Part shown: positions 28,357 to 38,905 of the stretch, in pieces
How the letters are laid out: the number at the start of each line of letters is the position of its first letter
Position numbering within the stretch: the first letter of the stretch is position 1
NCBI GenBank assembly: GCA_963717145.1
Contig: OY970325.1
Location: 1,216,001-1,280,000 of the forward strand
Origin: an uncultured Armatimonadetes bacterium
Lineage (GTDB): Bacteria; Armatimonadota; UBA5829; DTJY01
Length of the DNA: 64,000 nt
Reading direction: 5' to 3'
Position numbers and translations under genes: made by a program
The notes under the pieces: generated by a model
Databases searched by the model: none
The model's input: the letters and a program-made list of their open reading frames with translations, nothing else
What the model was told of the DNA's origin: nothing

Positions 28357-28983
28357 ATGAGCAATCAGATCACAATCGGCGTCCTGGCTCTCCAGGGCGC
28401 CTTCCAGAAACATATCGAGATGCTCGGCCGCTGTGGTGTCAACGCGATCACGGTCCGAACCGCCGAGGAGTTGGCACAGGTCAGCGGCTTGATCATCCCG
28501 GGCGGCGAGAGCACCACGGTCGGCAAGCTCATGGTCCGGTACGGCCTCGACAAGAAGATCGCTGAGGCGGCTCACCAGGGCATGCCGATCTACGGCACCT
28601 GCACGGGCCTCATCCTGCTTGCAAAAATCATCGCGGGAAGCAATCAGCCGTGCCTCCACCTGATGGACGTGACCGTCCTGCGCAACGCCTTCGGACGACA
28701 GGTTGACAGCTTCGAAGCCGACCTCGAGATCGACGAGATCGGATCGCCGCCGATGCGAGCGGTGTTCATCCGCGCCCCTTATGTCGTCGAAGTGAGGGAT
28801 GACGCGCGGGTGCTCGCCCGGTGCGACGACAAGATCGTTCTCGTCAGGCAGGGCAACCTCCTCGGGGGCGCATTCCATCCAGAGTTGACGGAAGACATCA
28901 GACTGCACGAGTACTTCATCGGCATGGTGAGGGAGTCTCTAGCAGCGGACTCGGTCTCAGGGCCGGGGACCCCTGCACGATGA
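28357..28983 (+). CDS. pdxT: PLP synthase glutaminase subunit
   Basis: GVLALQG, PGGEST, GTC and FHPE motifs. Confidence 0.95.
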   Translation: MSNQITIGVLALQGAFQKHIEMLGRCGVNAITVRTAEELAQVSGLIIPGGESTTVGKLMVRYGLDKKIAEAAHQGMPIYGTCTGLILLAKIIAGSNQPCLHLMDVTVLRNAFGRQVDSFEADLEIDEIGSPPMRAVFIRAPYVVEVRDDARVLARCDDKIVLVRQGNLLGGAFHPELTEDIRLHEYFIGMVRESLAADSVSGPGTPAR

Positions 28984-30107
28984 AAACTTGCCTCCCATTC
29001 CGAGCCGGCCTTGTATTTGCCCTCCTGACCGTAGTCGCTTCGACAAGCTTGTTGGCCCAGCTCAAGGAAAAGATCACGATCCGCTGGCAACGTCACGCCA
29101 ATCAGCCGCAATCGCTCACGATATCGCCCGGCGCGAACTACTTCGGCGGCGTCGATAAAGACGGCACGGTGCGCTTCTATGACGCGCAGGGCAAGCTCCT
29201 CTGGACCAAGCGGGTCCCCGGCGCTACCGACGTGCTCATCGCGCGGAATGGACAGAGCCTCCTGGTCTATTCCCGCCTCAATCCGGTCCACAGGACCGTG
29301 CGCTTCTTCCGCCGGGACGGTCGCCTGCTCTGGGAGCACGAGGTCGATGGCAGCGTATGGGCCGGTGCGGTGACTCCCGATGGGCAGTACGCAGCCGTCA
29401 CGACCGGCGAGAAGTTCATCTACCGGTATCTCCCACATCCCACCAGCCCGAAGTTTCGTCGCTGGAGACTCCCTGGTATCGGAGACAGCCTGACGTTCAC
29501 CCCGGACAGCAAGTACCTGGTAGTGGGCACATGGCAGGCCTCGACCATTGCCTGCTATGACCTGGAGGGGAAAGAGAAGTGGATACTCGCGCAGAAGTCA
29601 GACCGCCAGTACGAGCTGCAGAACAGCGGTGATGGAAAGCGGATACTCGGAATCCGACCGTCCACTCAGCACACTCCACTGGCTGAGATAAGCCTGTGGG
29701 ATTCCTCGGGCCAAGGCATCTGGCGGAGGGATCTGAAGGGCTTCGACGTGGCGGCGCGCATCTCCCCTCAGAGCAAGTATGTGGCGGTAAGCTATGCCAC
29801 AATCCTCTCCCACAAGGACAAAGAGATTGTCGAGCGCAAAGTTGCGGTCTATGACGCGAAGGGTGATCTCTCATGGGAGAAGGGTGGTCTCTTCTTCGGC
29901 CCACGTCTGATCGCGCTCTCTCCGACCGGCGACTCCGTGATCGTCTCCGACGGCGCCCGGTCGCTATATAACATCGACAGCCACGGACGGATTCTCTCCA
30001 AGCGGACATTCGGCGGTCAGATCAAGATGGCGGTATCCTCCGAGGATGGCCGCAGGATACTCCTGTACTGCGGGGATGGCTGGCTGTATCTTCTCGAAGT
30101 GGCGTAG
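28980..30107 (+). CDS. secreted WD40/PQQ-like beta-propeller protein
   Basis: Signal-like N-terminus; repeated D..G..LW blades. Confidence 0.65.
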   Translation: MKTCLPFRAGLVFALLTVVASTSLLAQLKEKITIRWQRHANQPQSLTISPGANYFGGVDKDGTVRFYDAQGKLLWTKRVPGATDVLIARNGQSLLVYSRLNPVHRTVRFFRRDGRLLWEHEVDGSVWAGAVTPDGQYAAVTTGEKFIYRYLPHPTSPKFRRWRLPGIGDSLTFTPDSKYLVVGTWQASTIACYDLEGKEKWILAQKSDRQYELQNSGDGKRILGIRPSTQHTPLAEISLWDSSGQGIWRRDLKGFDVAARISPQSKYVAVSYATILSHKDKEIVERKVAVYDAKGDLSWEKGGLFFGPRLIALSPTGDSVIVSDGARSLYNIDSHGRILSKRTFGGQIKMAVSSEDGRRILLYCGDGWLYLLEVA

Positions 30108-30110
30108 ACC

Positions 30111-30268
30111 CTTTGGAGTGCGGTGGCTCGACACCGCTTTGCCCAACACAGCGTTGTGACACCCCACATGTTGGTTCTGGAGTTGGACTCCAGAACCCTC
30201 GGCCTGTTGGGGGTTCTGGAGTCCAACTCCAGAACCAACATGTGGGGAGGGCGCTCCGGCACTCCAAA
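30111..30268. repeat. nested REP: family-D-like palindrome inside a family C element
   Basis: CTTTGGAGTGCGGTGGCTCGACACCGCTTT ... CCCCACATGTTGGTTCTGGAGTTGGACTCCAGAACC and its inverse ... GCACTCCAAA. Confidence 0.75.
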
Positions 30269-30274
30269 AGAAAG

Positions 30275-30309
30275 AAATCTCCCCCGAGTTACGGATCGGG
30301 GGAGATCTC
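30275..30309. terminator. hairpin between convergent genes
   Basis: ATCTCCCCCGA..TCGGGGGAGAT with a T-rich tail on the minus strand. Confidence 0.6.
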
Positions 30310-30403
30310 ATAGGAATTGCGACACGGCAAAGCAATCATTCGCCACATCGGCTACTGGTACCGGACCATCCGTCAGGACGGCCCGGTCCGCTTCGGCCGT
30401 TTC

Positions 30404-30667
30404 TTACGCGGATCTAACCACAGCAGGCTCAAGCGGTATCAGGCCCAGGCTGGTTGCTCTGCGGAAGGCTTGCACTCTGTTGCTGACTTGCAGCTTCTCG
30501 TAGATATTCGCGAGGTGGAAGTCCACTGTCCGCTTGCTCACGTACAGGTCCTCCGCGACCTCTCTACTTGACTTTCCTTCGATAACGAGAGTCAGAACCT
30601 CCTGCTCACGTTTCGTCAGGTGTATGGTTCGTTCATCCCGTATCTGAGGCATAGTCATAGCCGTCAT
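30404..30667 (-). CDS. stand-alone LuxR-type HTH regulator (paralog 1)
   Basis: LTKREQEVL...SKRTVDFHLANIYEKL.V.NR. Confidence 0.88.
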   Translation of the reverse strand: MTAMTMPQIRDERTIHLTKREQEVLTLVIEGKSSREVAEDLYVSKRTVDFHLANIYEKLQVSNRVQAFRRATSLGLIPLEPAVVRSA

Positions 30668-30840
30668 ACCGTAACTCCTTTCTCGTGTCGCCGCTTCTGG
30701 ATAGTTTCTTCCATAGTTTTGCCGGGTTCTGAGAGGAAAAAATACTCACGTGTGAGGAGTCTTTCCTCTGCGGCATGGAAGCCACCAGTAAGGAGTTATG
30801 CCACGTATGACGGTTTTTCGGCTATTGGAAATGCGGTTGC

Positions 30841-32573
30841 TTACTTATGGGGCAGAACCTCGAAGAACGCGACGGACACGCCGTGCGGGTTGAAGAGCGA
30901 GTACGCCTCCCGCAGGTCCGGTCTGCGCCTGAGTTCACCGTAGAGCAGGTTCGCGCGAGGCTGCTTGGTCTCAGGCAGGCTGATCAGTATCCACTTGATC
31001 TTGAGCTTGGCGAGCTGGGCGGCTCCAGAAGCTTGTCCGTCGAATCCCACCAGGCCGAGCGGACCAGGTGAGCGTAAGTGCTCTGTTGCAGATACGCCAT
31101 CTGTCTCGGGTTGCAGGTCAGCACGAAGTCATCCGGCTTGATGTTCTGCTTGATCCAACCCGCCGCCGTGAACATGCCACATTGCGGCCCGTTCGCACGG
31201 CACTTCAGCGCCTGCGTCCCCATATCGAACCGCATCCTCGAAATGCCCGGAGCGGCAAGCGCAAGCACAAGCAGCACGAATCCGACATACGTGAACCTTC
31301 TCCGGAATCCGGCGAGGTTCGCCCTGCGCCCCATGAACATGCGTATGAGGTGGAATCCGAGCGCGATCAGCGGGATGCCGTACACCGCCTGGAGGTAGTG
31401 GGGCCACAGACCCGTGCGCGTCCGAAGCCAGTACAGTGTCAACGCCTCTGCGCCGACCAGTCCGATGAGCCCGGGAATGCTACCGGCCGCGAGCAGTCCT
31501 GTCGCCGACGCGGCACATATCGCCGGGAATGATGGCAAGACCAGGCGCGCACCCCACAGGTTGCGCAACATGCTGAAAAAGAGGCAGAAGGTCAGCGGGA
31601 GGATCAGCATCGCCACTACCGCCCCGGCGTTCGACTTGATGACGCCATCCGGCGCGACGGAGATGCGCTTCCTCAGCGAGACGAGCAGAATCACCGACCC
31701 GAGAACAGCGAGGGCCAGAAAGACATACGGAATGTCGGCCTCTGAGAGGTGCTGGGCCATCAGCTTGTTGAGGCTCGGCGCGGTTCGGCCCACATAATCC
31801 TGGCGCTCACCGCGGATCTGATTGATGAGGTACGATGCTTGCGGGAGCAGCCCGGACTTGAACTGCAGGAATCCCACTCCGGCGAGCACCGCGCCGAGAA
31901 TAAGCGCCAGACCGGGAAGGTAGGTCCACCTGCGCCCGCGAGCGTTCAGCAGCGATCCCACGGCAAGCGCCGGCGCAGACAGGACGAGCAGGTACTCCTT
32001 GGTCAGGAATGCCGCTCCGAGTGCCAGGGATGTCAATAGCCACGGGAGCATACTCCCGGTCCTCCACGATCGGAAGGCGGATGCCATCGCGATCGTCACC
32101 AGCAGGGTCGCCTGGTTGTCACCGTAGACTCGGTCGGCATCCCGAACGGCGGCCGGCACGAAGGCCATCAGGAACGCCGCTGTCAAGGCTATCCATCGGT
32201 TTCCGAGGGCCTCCCTCACCATCCAGTAGGTTGTGACAATCATGAGCGATGACACGACCACGTTGAGGTGCTGGCCCACGATGATGAGCGGTTTGCCGGT
32301 AATCAGGAATGCCAACGCCAGGACCATCGGTACTCCGCCGGGATGCAGCGTGTCCATCGCGTGGACTGTCGTGTGGAGTTGACCCGTCCAGATGTGATAG
32401 ATGTCGCGGGCGATGACGGTGTAGAAGAACTCGTCGCTGCTGATGTGATGGATCCGGTGGCTGGCGATGGCGCGTACGATGAGTGCGATGCAGAACAGGA
32501 TCAAGACGTCCGCCCACGCCCAGATCCGATCACGCGATCCACAAGCTTCCGTCTGACTATCGATGGATTCCAT
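30841..32573 (-). CDS. ArnT/PMT-like (GT-C) membrane glycosyltransferase; frameshift near 31030
   Basis: SSDEFFY, HPG and LAFLTK-like motifs with many TM segments; C-terminus continues in ORF 30841..31050. Confidence 0.75.
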
Positions 32574-32588
32574 GGCCTGCTTTTCCCA

Positions 32589-32655
32589 TGTAGTGGCCGT
32601 GCCTCTGTGCCGGCCTACGACCGCATATGGCCGGCACAGAGGCACGGCCACTACA
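32589..32655. repeat. REP family A doublet
   Basis: TGTAGTGGCCGTGCCTCTGTGCCGGCC and its inverse. Confidence 0.88.
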
Positions 32656-32665
32656 CTCGAGACTG

Positions 32666-33016
32666 CTAACGTTTGGCTACCAGGGCTACTCCGAGGCAAA
32701 TCAGGAGAACCCCACCCCATCGAGTCAGGCTCACTGCCTCGCCGAAGTAGAACCTGGCGGCAAGCAGGCCGAAGATGTAGCTCAGACTCATGAGAGGATA
32801 CGCGAGGCTCAATGGCGCTTTGGAGAGCACGTCGAACCAGAGCAAAGTGGCGACTCCAAAGAGCGCGAACCCGGCCCAGATCTGCCACGATCCGACCAGG
32901 CCCAGAATCCCGCCTCGCGTGAGGCTGAAGCCCTCCTGTTGGAGGCCGATCTTCCAGCATACCTGGCCAACGCTCAGCATCAGCGTACACAGTATTACAG
33001 TGAGCGCGAACCTCAA
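32666..33016 (-). CDS. small EamA/ArnE-F-like 4-TM transporter (putative flippase subunit)
   Basis: GQVCWK, LSLAYPLMSLSY and FGEAVS motifs. Confidence 0.8.
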   Translation of the reverse strand: MRFALTVILCTLMLSVGQVCWKIGLQQEGFSLTRGGILGLVGSWQIWAGFALFGVATLLWFDVLSKAPLSLAYPLMSLSYIFGLLAARFYFGEAVSLTRWGGVLLICLGVALVAKR

Positions 33017-33378
33017 GGGCTCTCCCCCTTATGCCGCGAATCCTCCTCCAACTGCCTGCGAAGAAGCCCGATCTCCTGAGTCAGCCGCCAGTTCTGCGCC
33101 GTCAGCTTCGAGAGGACAACTGTGAAGTGGATCGCGAGCACCATCCCGAGCAGCAGCGCGATCACGAAGAGGGCATACGCCGGATGCGCTATCCCGAGCA
33201 CCCGTGCAAGCCAAGTGACGACATTGCTGAACAGGGAGACGAGCAGGATCAGCAGGGCGGATCCGAGCCAAAGCAGTGCATACTCCTCGCGCAGCCTGCG
33301 CCGCCTCACGAGGTCGACGATCACAACCATCACTATGAGGCTGGCTATGGCCGCTATGAGACGCTGCGAGATGGTCAA
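33013..33378 (-). CDS. DUF2304 membrane protein
   Basis: LVRRRRLREEYALLW ... LSKL...RLTQEIGLL. Confidence 0.8.
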   Translation of the reverse strand: MTISQRLIAAIASLIVMVVIVDLVRRRRLREEYALLWLGSALLILLVSLFSNVVTWLARVLGIAHPAYALFVIALLLGMVLAIHFTVVLSKLTAQNWRLTQEIGLLRRQLEEDSRHKGESP

Positions 33379-33379
33379 C

Positions 33380-34142
33380 TCAACTCTCCTCGGGCAGGCA
33401 TTCGGAGCATATAGGCTGGACGAGGACGCTTATGAGTACCGCCATGAGCGAGCGTATGATGAAATACATCCCTCGCAGCGGAGTGAACATAGACTGTCCG
33501 GCTGTCCTTTCACCCATAGATACGGGTACCTCCGTGTATCGGTATCCGTTTCGGGCGAGCAGGATGATCGCCTCTATCTCCGGGTAGTCGCAGGAGCAGT
33601 TGTCGACCATGAACCGCATGGCCCGCCGTCCATACGCCCGAAAACCGGAGGTGTTGTCCGTGACCCGCTGGTGGATAGCCATGGAACTGAGCGTGCGCAG
33701 CATCCACATGATCGCGCCGCGGACGAAGGATACCTTGTAGCCGCTGTTCTCGATGAACCGGGACCCGAGGACCATGTCGGCTTCGCCCCGGAGTATCGGC
33801 TCCACCAGCGCGCCGATCTGATCGGGACGATGCTGGCCGTCCGCATCATACTGGAACACGGCGTCATATCCGTGACTGAGCGCATATCGGACGCCGGTCT
33901 GGACCGCCCCGCCGATTCCGAGGTTGACCGGGAGTGATATCGTGGGGAAGCCCATCGATCGGGCGATCTCGGCCGTCCGGTCCGTCGAGCCGTCGTCAAC
34001 GATCACGGCATCGGCATCCGGCCTGACAGACGCGAGTTCGGCGAGTGTCGTCGGCAAGCTCTCCTGCTCATTGCGGGCAGGGATGACGGCGATAATGCGT
34101 CGACCGGCTACAGGTTTGGTATCTTCGAGAGGATCTGTCCAT
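33380..34142 (-). CDS. GT2 polyprenol-phosphate glycosyltransferase; start uncertain (ATG 34142 is out of frame, possible indel)
   Basis: IPARNEQ, DDGSTD, NLGIGGA, DADGQH and D.TSGFR motifs. Confidence 0.85.
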
Positions 34143-34312
34143 GAATATGCGTCCAGTGAAAACCGAAGCCAATATAGCAGCCTCCGAGGTCCTGTGTCAA
34201 CCTGATTGCCTGGTTGGAGAGCTTCCAGCTTCCGGCGTATCAACCAACTGACACATATCATTCCTCTTCGATGAACATCGACCCGCAAACCGACTTATTT
34301 TCGAACAAAGTA

Positions 34313-34341
34313 TTGACAGAACGCGGACAACCTGGTAAAAT
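34313..34341 (+). promoter_or_regulatory. sigma70 promoter of LuxR paralog 2
   Basis: TTGACA-17-TAAAAT. Confidence 0.7.
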
Positions 34342-34425
34342 TACCAGTGTGGAGTCATCCACACAACGCACTACCTGATCGTCGGTCGGGTCCCGATTCG
34401 CAACCCGCGGAAAGGAGTGCCAGAC

Positions 34426-34674
34426 ATGACCACAATGATGTCCACCATTGAACTCGAGGTATCGCACACAAGCCTCACGCGACGGGAGGTCCAGGTTCTC
34501 ACCTTGATCATCGAAGGCAGATCGAGCAAGGAAGTTGCGGCATTTCTGTACCTCAGCAAAAGGACTGTCGATTTCCACCTTGCGAGGATCTACGAGAAGC
34601 TGAACGTCACCAACCGCGTACAGGCGATCCGGCGAGCCGCTGCATTGGGCTTCGTCCACGGGGAACTCGTATAG
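34426..34674 (+). CDS. stand-alone LuxR-type HTH regulator (paralog 2)
   Basis: LTRREVQVL...SKRTVDFHLARIYEKLNVTNR; AAGGAG RBS. Confidence 0.88.
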   Translation: MTTMMSTIELEVSHTSLTRREVQVLTLIIEGRSSKEVAAFLYLSKRTVDFHLARIYEKLNVTNRVQAIRRAAALGFVHGELV

Positions 34675-34702
34675 CAGTTCTCTGAGCGCCGACCGGTGGG
34701 GT

Positions 34703-36283
34703 TCACTGCTTCTGCACCACCTTCACGTGTCCATCGACATAGAGCACCACTTGCCAGCCATAGCCGGCGTCGAGCGTCGCCAGCATGGTGTCACTCGTTG
34801 ATTCGATCTGACTGATGGGCGGCTGTGGGAAATACTGGACGATGTACTGGTCGGTTCCCGGGCGCAGGAAGGCATCAGCACTCGGCAGATAGGGCTCGAT
34901 GTCTTTCCGAAAGCTCTCAGCAGGTGGGAAGCGGTCATTCTGATCCGCTGTGTAACTCAGGATTGACTTAGCCAACTGCGAGGCATTCCGGACGATCATA
35001 TCCTTCTCTTCCTCCTCAGTGAGAGGAAGACCTGCTTCCAGCTTTCCATCGGCGTCCAGTTCCGTCCAGGTCAATTCCGCCACGCATGCGCGGCCTCTCG
35101 ATATGTACGCGAGCTTGGAGCAGTCCGTTGACCAGGTCGGGATAGGATTCGAATACCCGAGTTCGGCGTCGAGCGCGATGCACATATGGTTGCGCTTGGC
35201 GCCCGCGACATATACCAGCCATAGCGTGGTGATCGGCTCGTATGCCGTGCCGTTCTCACCCTCGATGGTCTGAAGTCGATAGTACATCAGCATCCGGCTA
35301 TCCGGCGACCAACCGAGGCCGAGGACATCAGTCGATTTGACCACAGCTATCTGTTTCCTCGTCGAGCGGTCCTCAATCCGGATGCCGGTACCGTCTTGGT
35401 TGAGTAGTTGGTAAACACCATTCGGCGACGTCCTGTTCGGGTCGGCATATTCGCCGACGGTGCGCACCGACTTACCATCGAGCGATGCCTCCATGAACTG
35501 CCACACTTGCGTTTTCACACGGCGTTCGGCGAACGACACGGCCTTGCCGTCGCTCCCCCAACCCACAGGGACCATTGGATCCTTGCCGGTGCGCACGGTC
35601 TGCGCCGATCCGCTGGCCAGATCGAGAACGCACAGCCGATAGGAGAGCCAGCCCTTCCCATCCTCGCCTTCCTGGCTACTGATGAGAGTACAGGCGATCT
35701 TCTTCGAATCCGTACTCCAGACGAGCGGGCTGTCGAGTTCGCCCAATCCCGAGAGGGAGAACACCATCTGCCGGTTGCCGGACGCACTCATAACGGCGAT
35801 ACATGTCTGTTGCGACGACTGCTCGAGGCTTTGGCCATCACTAGATCGCTTGTAGGTCGTGTGCATCGCAGGAAGAGCGATCAGTCTGCTGTTCGGAGAC
35901 CATACGAGGGAGGTTTCGATCCCCAGATCCTGCATCATAGGCACCAACTCATCGGCCTCAGCAGGCAACTGGCCGCCCCTCACGTCGAGGCCAGTCGTGA
36001 GCGGAACTGGCCGTCCACCTGATCTCGGCATGATCACAAGTCGGGATGCAGGTTCGGGGGCATCACCCTCGGCATCTGCGTCAAACTGGCATAGGAGGCT
36101 CGCACCGTTCGGGGAGATCCAGGCTCCGGACACTTGCCCATCAGCTCGATAGGTGATCTGACGGTTCTCCACCAACTCCAGAAACCTCTCGCCGACCACC
36201 ATCCTGTGCAGATCGTCATCGGCTCGGGCGCAGTAAGTAAGCAGCAAGATAACGGCAAACAGAAACATGCTCCGACTCATCAA
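34703..36283 (-). CDS. secreted TolB/PD40-like beta-propeller with a C-terminal H-X9-DG (DUF1559-like) domain
   Basis: Repeated WSPD/WSTD blades; C-terminal NASQL..Y..D..FPP and LYVDGHVK. Confidence 0.6.
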   Translation of the reverse strand: MMSRSMFLFAVILLLTYCARADDDLHRMVVGERFLELVENRQITYRADGQVSGAWISPNGASLLCQFDADAEGDAPEPASRLVIMPRSGGRPVPLTTGLDVRGGQLPAEADELVPMMQDLGIETSLVWSPNSRLIALPAMHTTYKRSSDGQSLEQSSQQTCIAVMSASGNRQMVFSLSGLGELDSPLVWSTDSKKIACTLISSQEGEDGKGWLSYRLCVLDLASGSAQTVRTGKDPMVPVGWGSDGKAVSFAERRVKTQVWQFMEASLDGKSVRTVGEYADPNRTSPNGVYQLLNQDGTGIRIEDRSTRKQIAVVKSTDVLGLGWSPDSRMLMYYRLQTIEGENGTAYEPITTLWLVYVAGAKRNHMCIALDAELGYSNPIPTWSTDCSKLAYISRGRACVAELTWTELDADGKLEAGLPLTEEEEKDMIVRNASQLAKSILSYTADQNDRFPPAESFRKDIEPYLPSADAFLRPGTDQYIVQYFPQPPISQIESTSDTMLATLDAGYGWQVVLYVDGHVKVVQKQ

Positions 36284-36426
36284 GCGACCTCCTCCGTGCT
36301 ATGGATGGTACATCATGTTCGACACGCGAAACCCGGCAATAGTTCCGGTCTCAGACAGCAGAAGAGCGCAGGCCGATCATTCGACTCGCGCTCTCACCGT
36401 CAACATATTGTGCAAGCGACCTCGTG

Positions 36427-37620
36427 TCACGCCGTCGGATCGGCGTACGGAATGACCTCGGCGCCGTTCTCGGGTGTGCAGACGTAAACCATCGGATCGA
36501 CCCCTATCCGCGCCTTGTATTCCTCCGGAACACGCTTCAGAAATTCCTTTACAGCATCGTCCGCCACCAGGCTGACCGTACAGCCGCCGAATCCCGCGCC
36601 GGTCATTCGAGAGCCATACACGCCCGGGATCTTCCTCGCCGCGTCCACCATGGCGTCCAGTTCGCGGCAACTCACTTCGTAGTTCTCCCGAAGCGACTCG
36701 TGCGACTGGTTCATCAGATGCCCGAAGGATTCTATCTTTCCCGCTCGAAGACATTCGACGCTCTTCAGGACTCGCTCATCCTCGAAAACGACGTGCTCCG
36801 CGCGTCGGCGAACCGTGGGCGGTAGGAACGTTCTGTACTTCCGGAAATCGGAGATGGTAATGTCTCGGAGAGCAGTCGCTTTCGGCAGGTAAGTCTTGAG
36901 TATCGATACCGCCTCCTCACACTGGGAGCGCCTCAGGTTGTACTCGGAATCGACCAGCCCACGCTTCTTCATGGTATCCGCAACAATGACCTTGACGCCC
37001 TCAGCGGGCAGGGGTACTACCTCATGATCGAGCGTTCGGCAGTCGATAAACAGCGCGTGGTCCTTCTGACCGAGGCAGGAGATGAACTGATCCATGATGC
37101 CGCAGTTCACGCCGACGAACTGATTCTCGGCCGCCTGACAGAGAAGCGCCATCTCCGTGCCCTCCATCTCGAACTCGTTCAGCCTCTTGAATACCATGGC
37201 TGAGGCGACTTCGAGCGCGGCGGACGAACTGAGTCCCGAGCCGAGGGGAACGTCACCCTGGATCGCCATGTTCGCGCCGAGGAGCCTCGTGCGACGCTTG
37301 TGCAACATCACCGCGACACCACGCAGGTAGTTGCTCCACTCGTTCTGAGGATCCTTGCGGATCGGCCGATCGAGGTGGAACGACGACACACGGTCGAAAT
37401 TCACGGAGTACAGCGAGACATTCAAGTCGGTCGTCGCCGATGCGGCTATGAGCACGTCCCGGTCTATGGCGATCGGGAGGACATAGCCGTCGTTGTAGTC
37501 GGTATGCTCGCCGATGAGGTTTACTCGTCCGGGCGCGCGAACGATGATCTGCGGCGGAGCCCCGTGCACTTCACCGAACTTGTCCACTAACTCAGCAATG
37601 CGATTTTCGAGATCTGCCAT
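36427..37620 (-). CDS. galK: galactokinase
   Basis: APGRVNLIGEHTDYN, GSGLSSSA and RMTGAGFGG motifs. Confidence 0.95.
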   Translation of the reverse strand: MADLENRIAELVDKFGEVHGAPPQIIVRAPGRVNLIGEHTDYNDGYVLPIAIDRDVLIAASATTDLNVSLYSVNFDRVSSFHLDRPIRKDPQNEWSNYLRGVAVMLHKRRTRLLGANMAIQGDVPLGSGLSSSAALEVASAMVFKRLNEFEMEGTEMALLCQAAENQFVGVNCGIMDQFISCLGQKDHALFIDCRTLDHEVVPLPAEGVKVIVADTMKKRGLVDSEYNLRRSQCEEAVSILKTYLPKATALRDITISDFRKYRTFLPPTVRRRAEHVVFEDERVLKSVECLRAGKIESFGHLMNQSHESLRENYEVSCRELDAMVDAARKIPGVYGSRMTGAGFGGCTVSLVADDAVKEFLKRVPEEYKARIGVDPMVYVCTPENGAEVIPYADPTA

Positions 37621-37780
37621 GGCTATTCAGTTCTCCTCTGCCAAAAGCGTTGGAAGCCCTAGCGGAACCAACCCACATTGTTGTTAGATACTCAGTTAGG
37701 GATTTCCTTGTGTGAAATGCGCATGGGCATAACAAAACTTGCAGAAAGGCGCAAATATCGATCGTCGGCTGCCGATCGAT

Positions 37781-38758
37781 CTACGTCAGAGGCTCGGTGG
37801 CTCGAAGCTCGGCCGCCTTTTCCTCGGCAAGCGTGTCGTTGATGAACGCACCCGCGCCGGCCTCGGATCCTGCGAGGAACTTCAGCTTGTCCTTGGTCCT
37901 GTACGGAGGGTAGAACTCGATGTGGAAGTGGTAATGGTCGAAGTCGCCCGTCGTAGTCGGCTTCTGGTGCACGACCATCATGAACGGGAGGCTGAAGCCC
38001 CAGAGGTTGTCATATTTGAGGAGGACGGTCTTCAGCATCCGGGCCAGATCCGTCTTCTCGCCGTCCGAAAACTCGGGCAGCGAGCATCTGTGCTCGTGCG
38101 ACGCGATGTGCACCTCATACGGGTAGCGAGCATAGAAGGGCACGAACGCCATAAAGCCATCGTTCTGCGCCACAATCCGGCGGCCGTCGGACTTCTCCTC
38201 GCCCAGGATATCGCAGACGAGACATCGGCCCGTCCCGGCCATGTGAGCGGCCGATGCGGTGATCTCCTGCTGCACGACCGGCGGGATAAATGGATAGGCG
38301 TAGATCTGCCCGTGCGGGTGGTCGAGGGTGACGCCGATCTCCTTGCCCTTGTTCTCGAAGATGAACACGTAGTCCACGAAGTCCAGCGCCCCGAGATCAT
38401 TGTACCGGTCGGTCCAGACGTGGATCAGGTTGTCGATCTCTTCGACGCTGTGATCGGTCAGGCTGCCCGAGTGTTTCGAGGAGTAGAGGATCACCTCGCA
38501 AACGCCCTCCGCCGGGCGGACCTTGTAGAGTCCGGTCCCCTCGACAGCAGGCTTGGGAGCCTTGCGCCTCAGCGAGGGAAACTTGTTGTCGAATGCGACG
38601 ATCTCGTAGTCCTCGGCGGGGACTTCCGTGGGGAATCCGCCCTCTTTCGTGGGGCACAGCGGGCAGTAATCATCCGGAGGGAAGAAGGTCCTCTCCTGGC
38701 GATGCGTTGCGGTTATGACCCATTGCTGCAAAAGCGGATTCCAGCGTAGTTCGGACAA
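37781..38758 (-). CDS. galT: galactose-1-phosphate uridylyltransferase
   Basis: CPLCP, NKFP and FENKG..IGVTLDHPHGQ motifs. Confidence 0.93.
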   Translation of the reverse strand: MSELRWNPLLQQWVITATHRQERTFFPPDDYCPLCPTKEGGFPTEVPAEDYEIVAFDNKFPSLRRKAPKPAVEGTGLYKVRPAEGVCEVILYSSKHSGSLTDHSVEEIDNLIHVWTDRYNDLGALDFVDYVFIFENKGKEIGVTLDHPHGQIYAYPFIPPVVQQEITASAAHMAGTGRCLVCDILGEEKSDGRRIVAQNDGFMAFVPFYARYPYEVHIASHEHRCSLPEFSDGEKTDLARMLKTVLLKYDNLWGFSLPFMMVVHQKPTTTGDFDHYHFHIEFYPPYRTKDKLKFLAGSEAGAGAFINDTLAEEKAAELRATEPLT

Positions 38759-38905
38759 GGCGGATTCCTTTCGTGGACCGAGGGAGACTCTAGAGCCTGG
38801 ACTTCAGACCTGAGACTGTGGACTTCGGATCTTGTACTTTCGGCTGCTTGTTGAACCAGTAGTATGTCAGCAGGCGCTTGTCTTCCTTGGTGATAGTCTG
38901 CTTCG

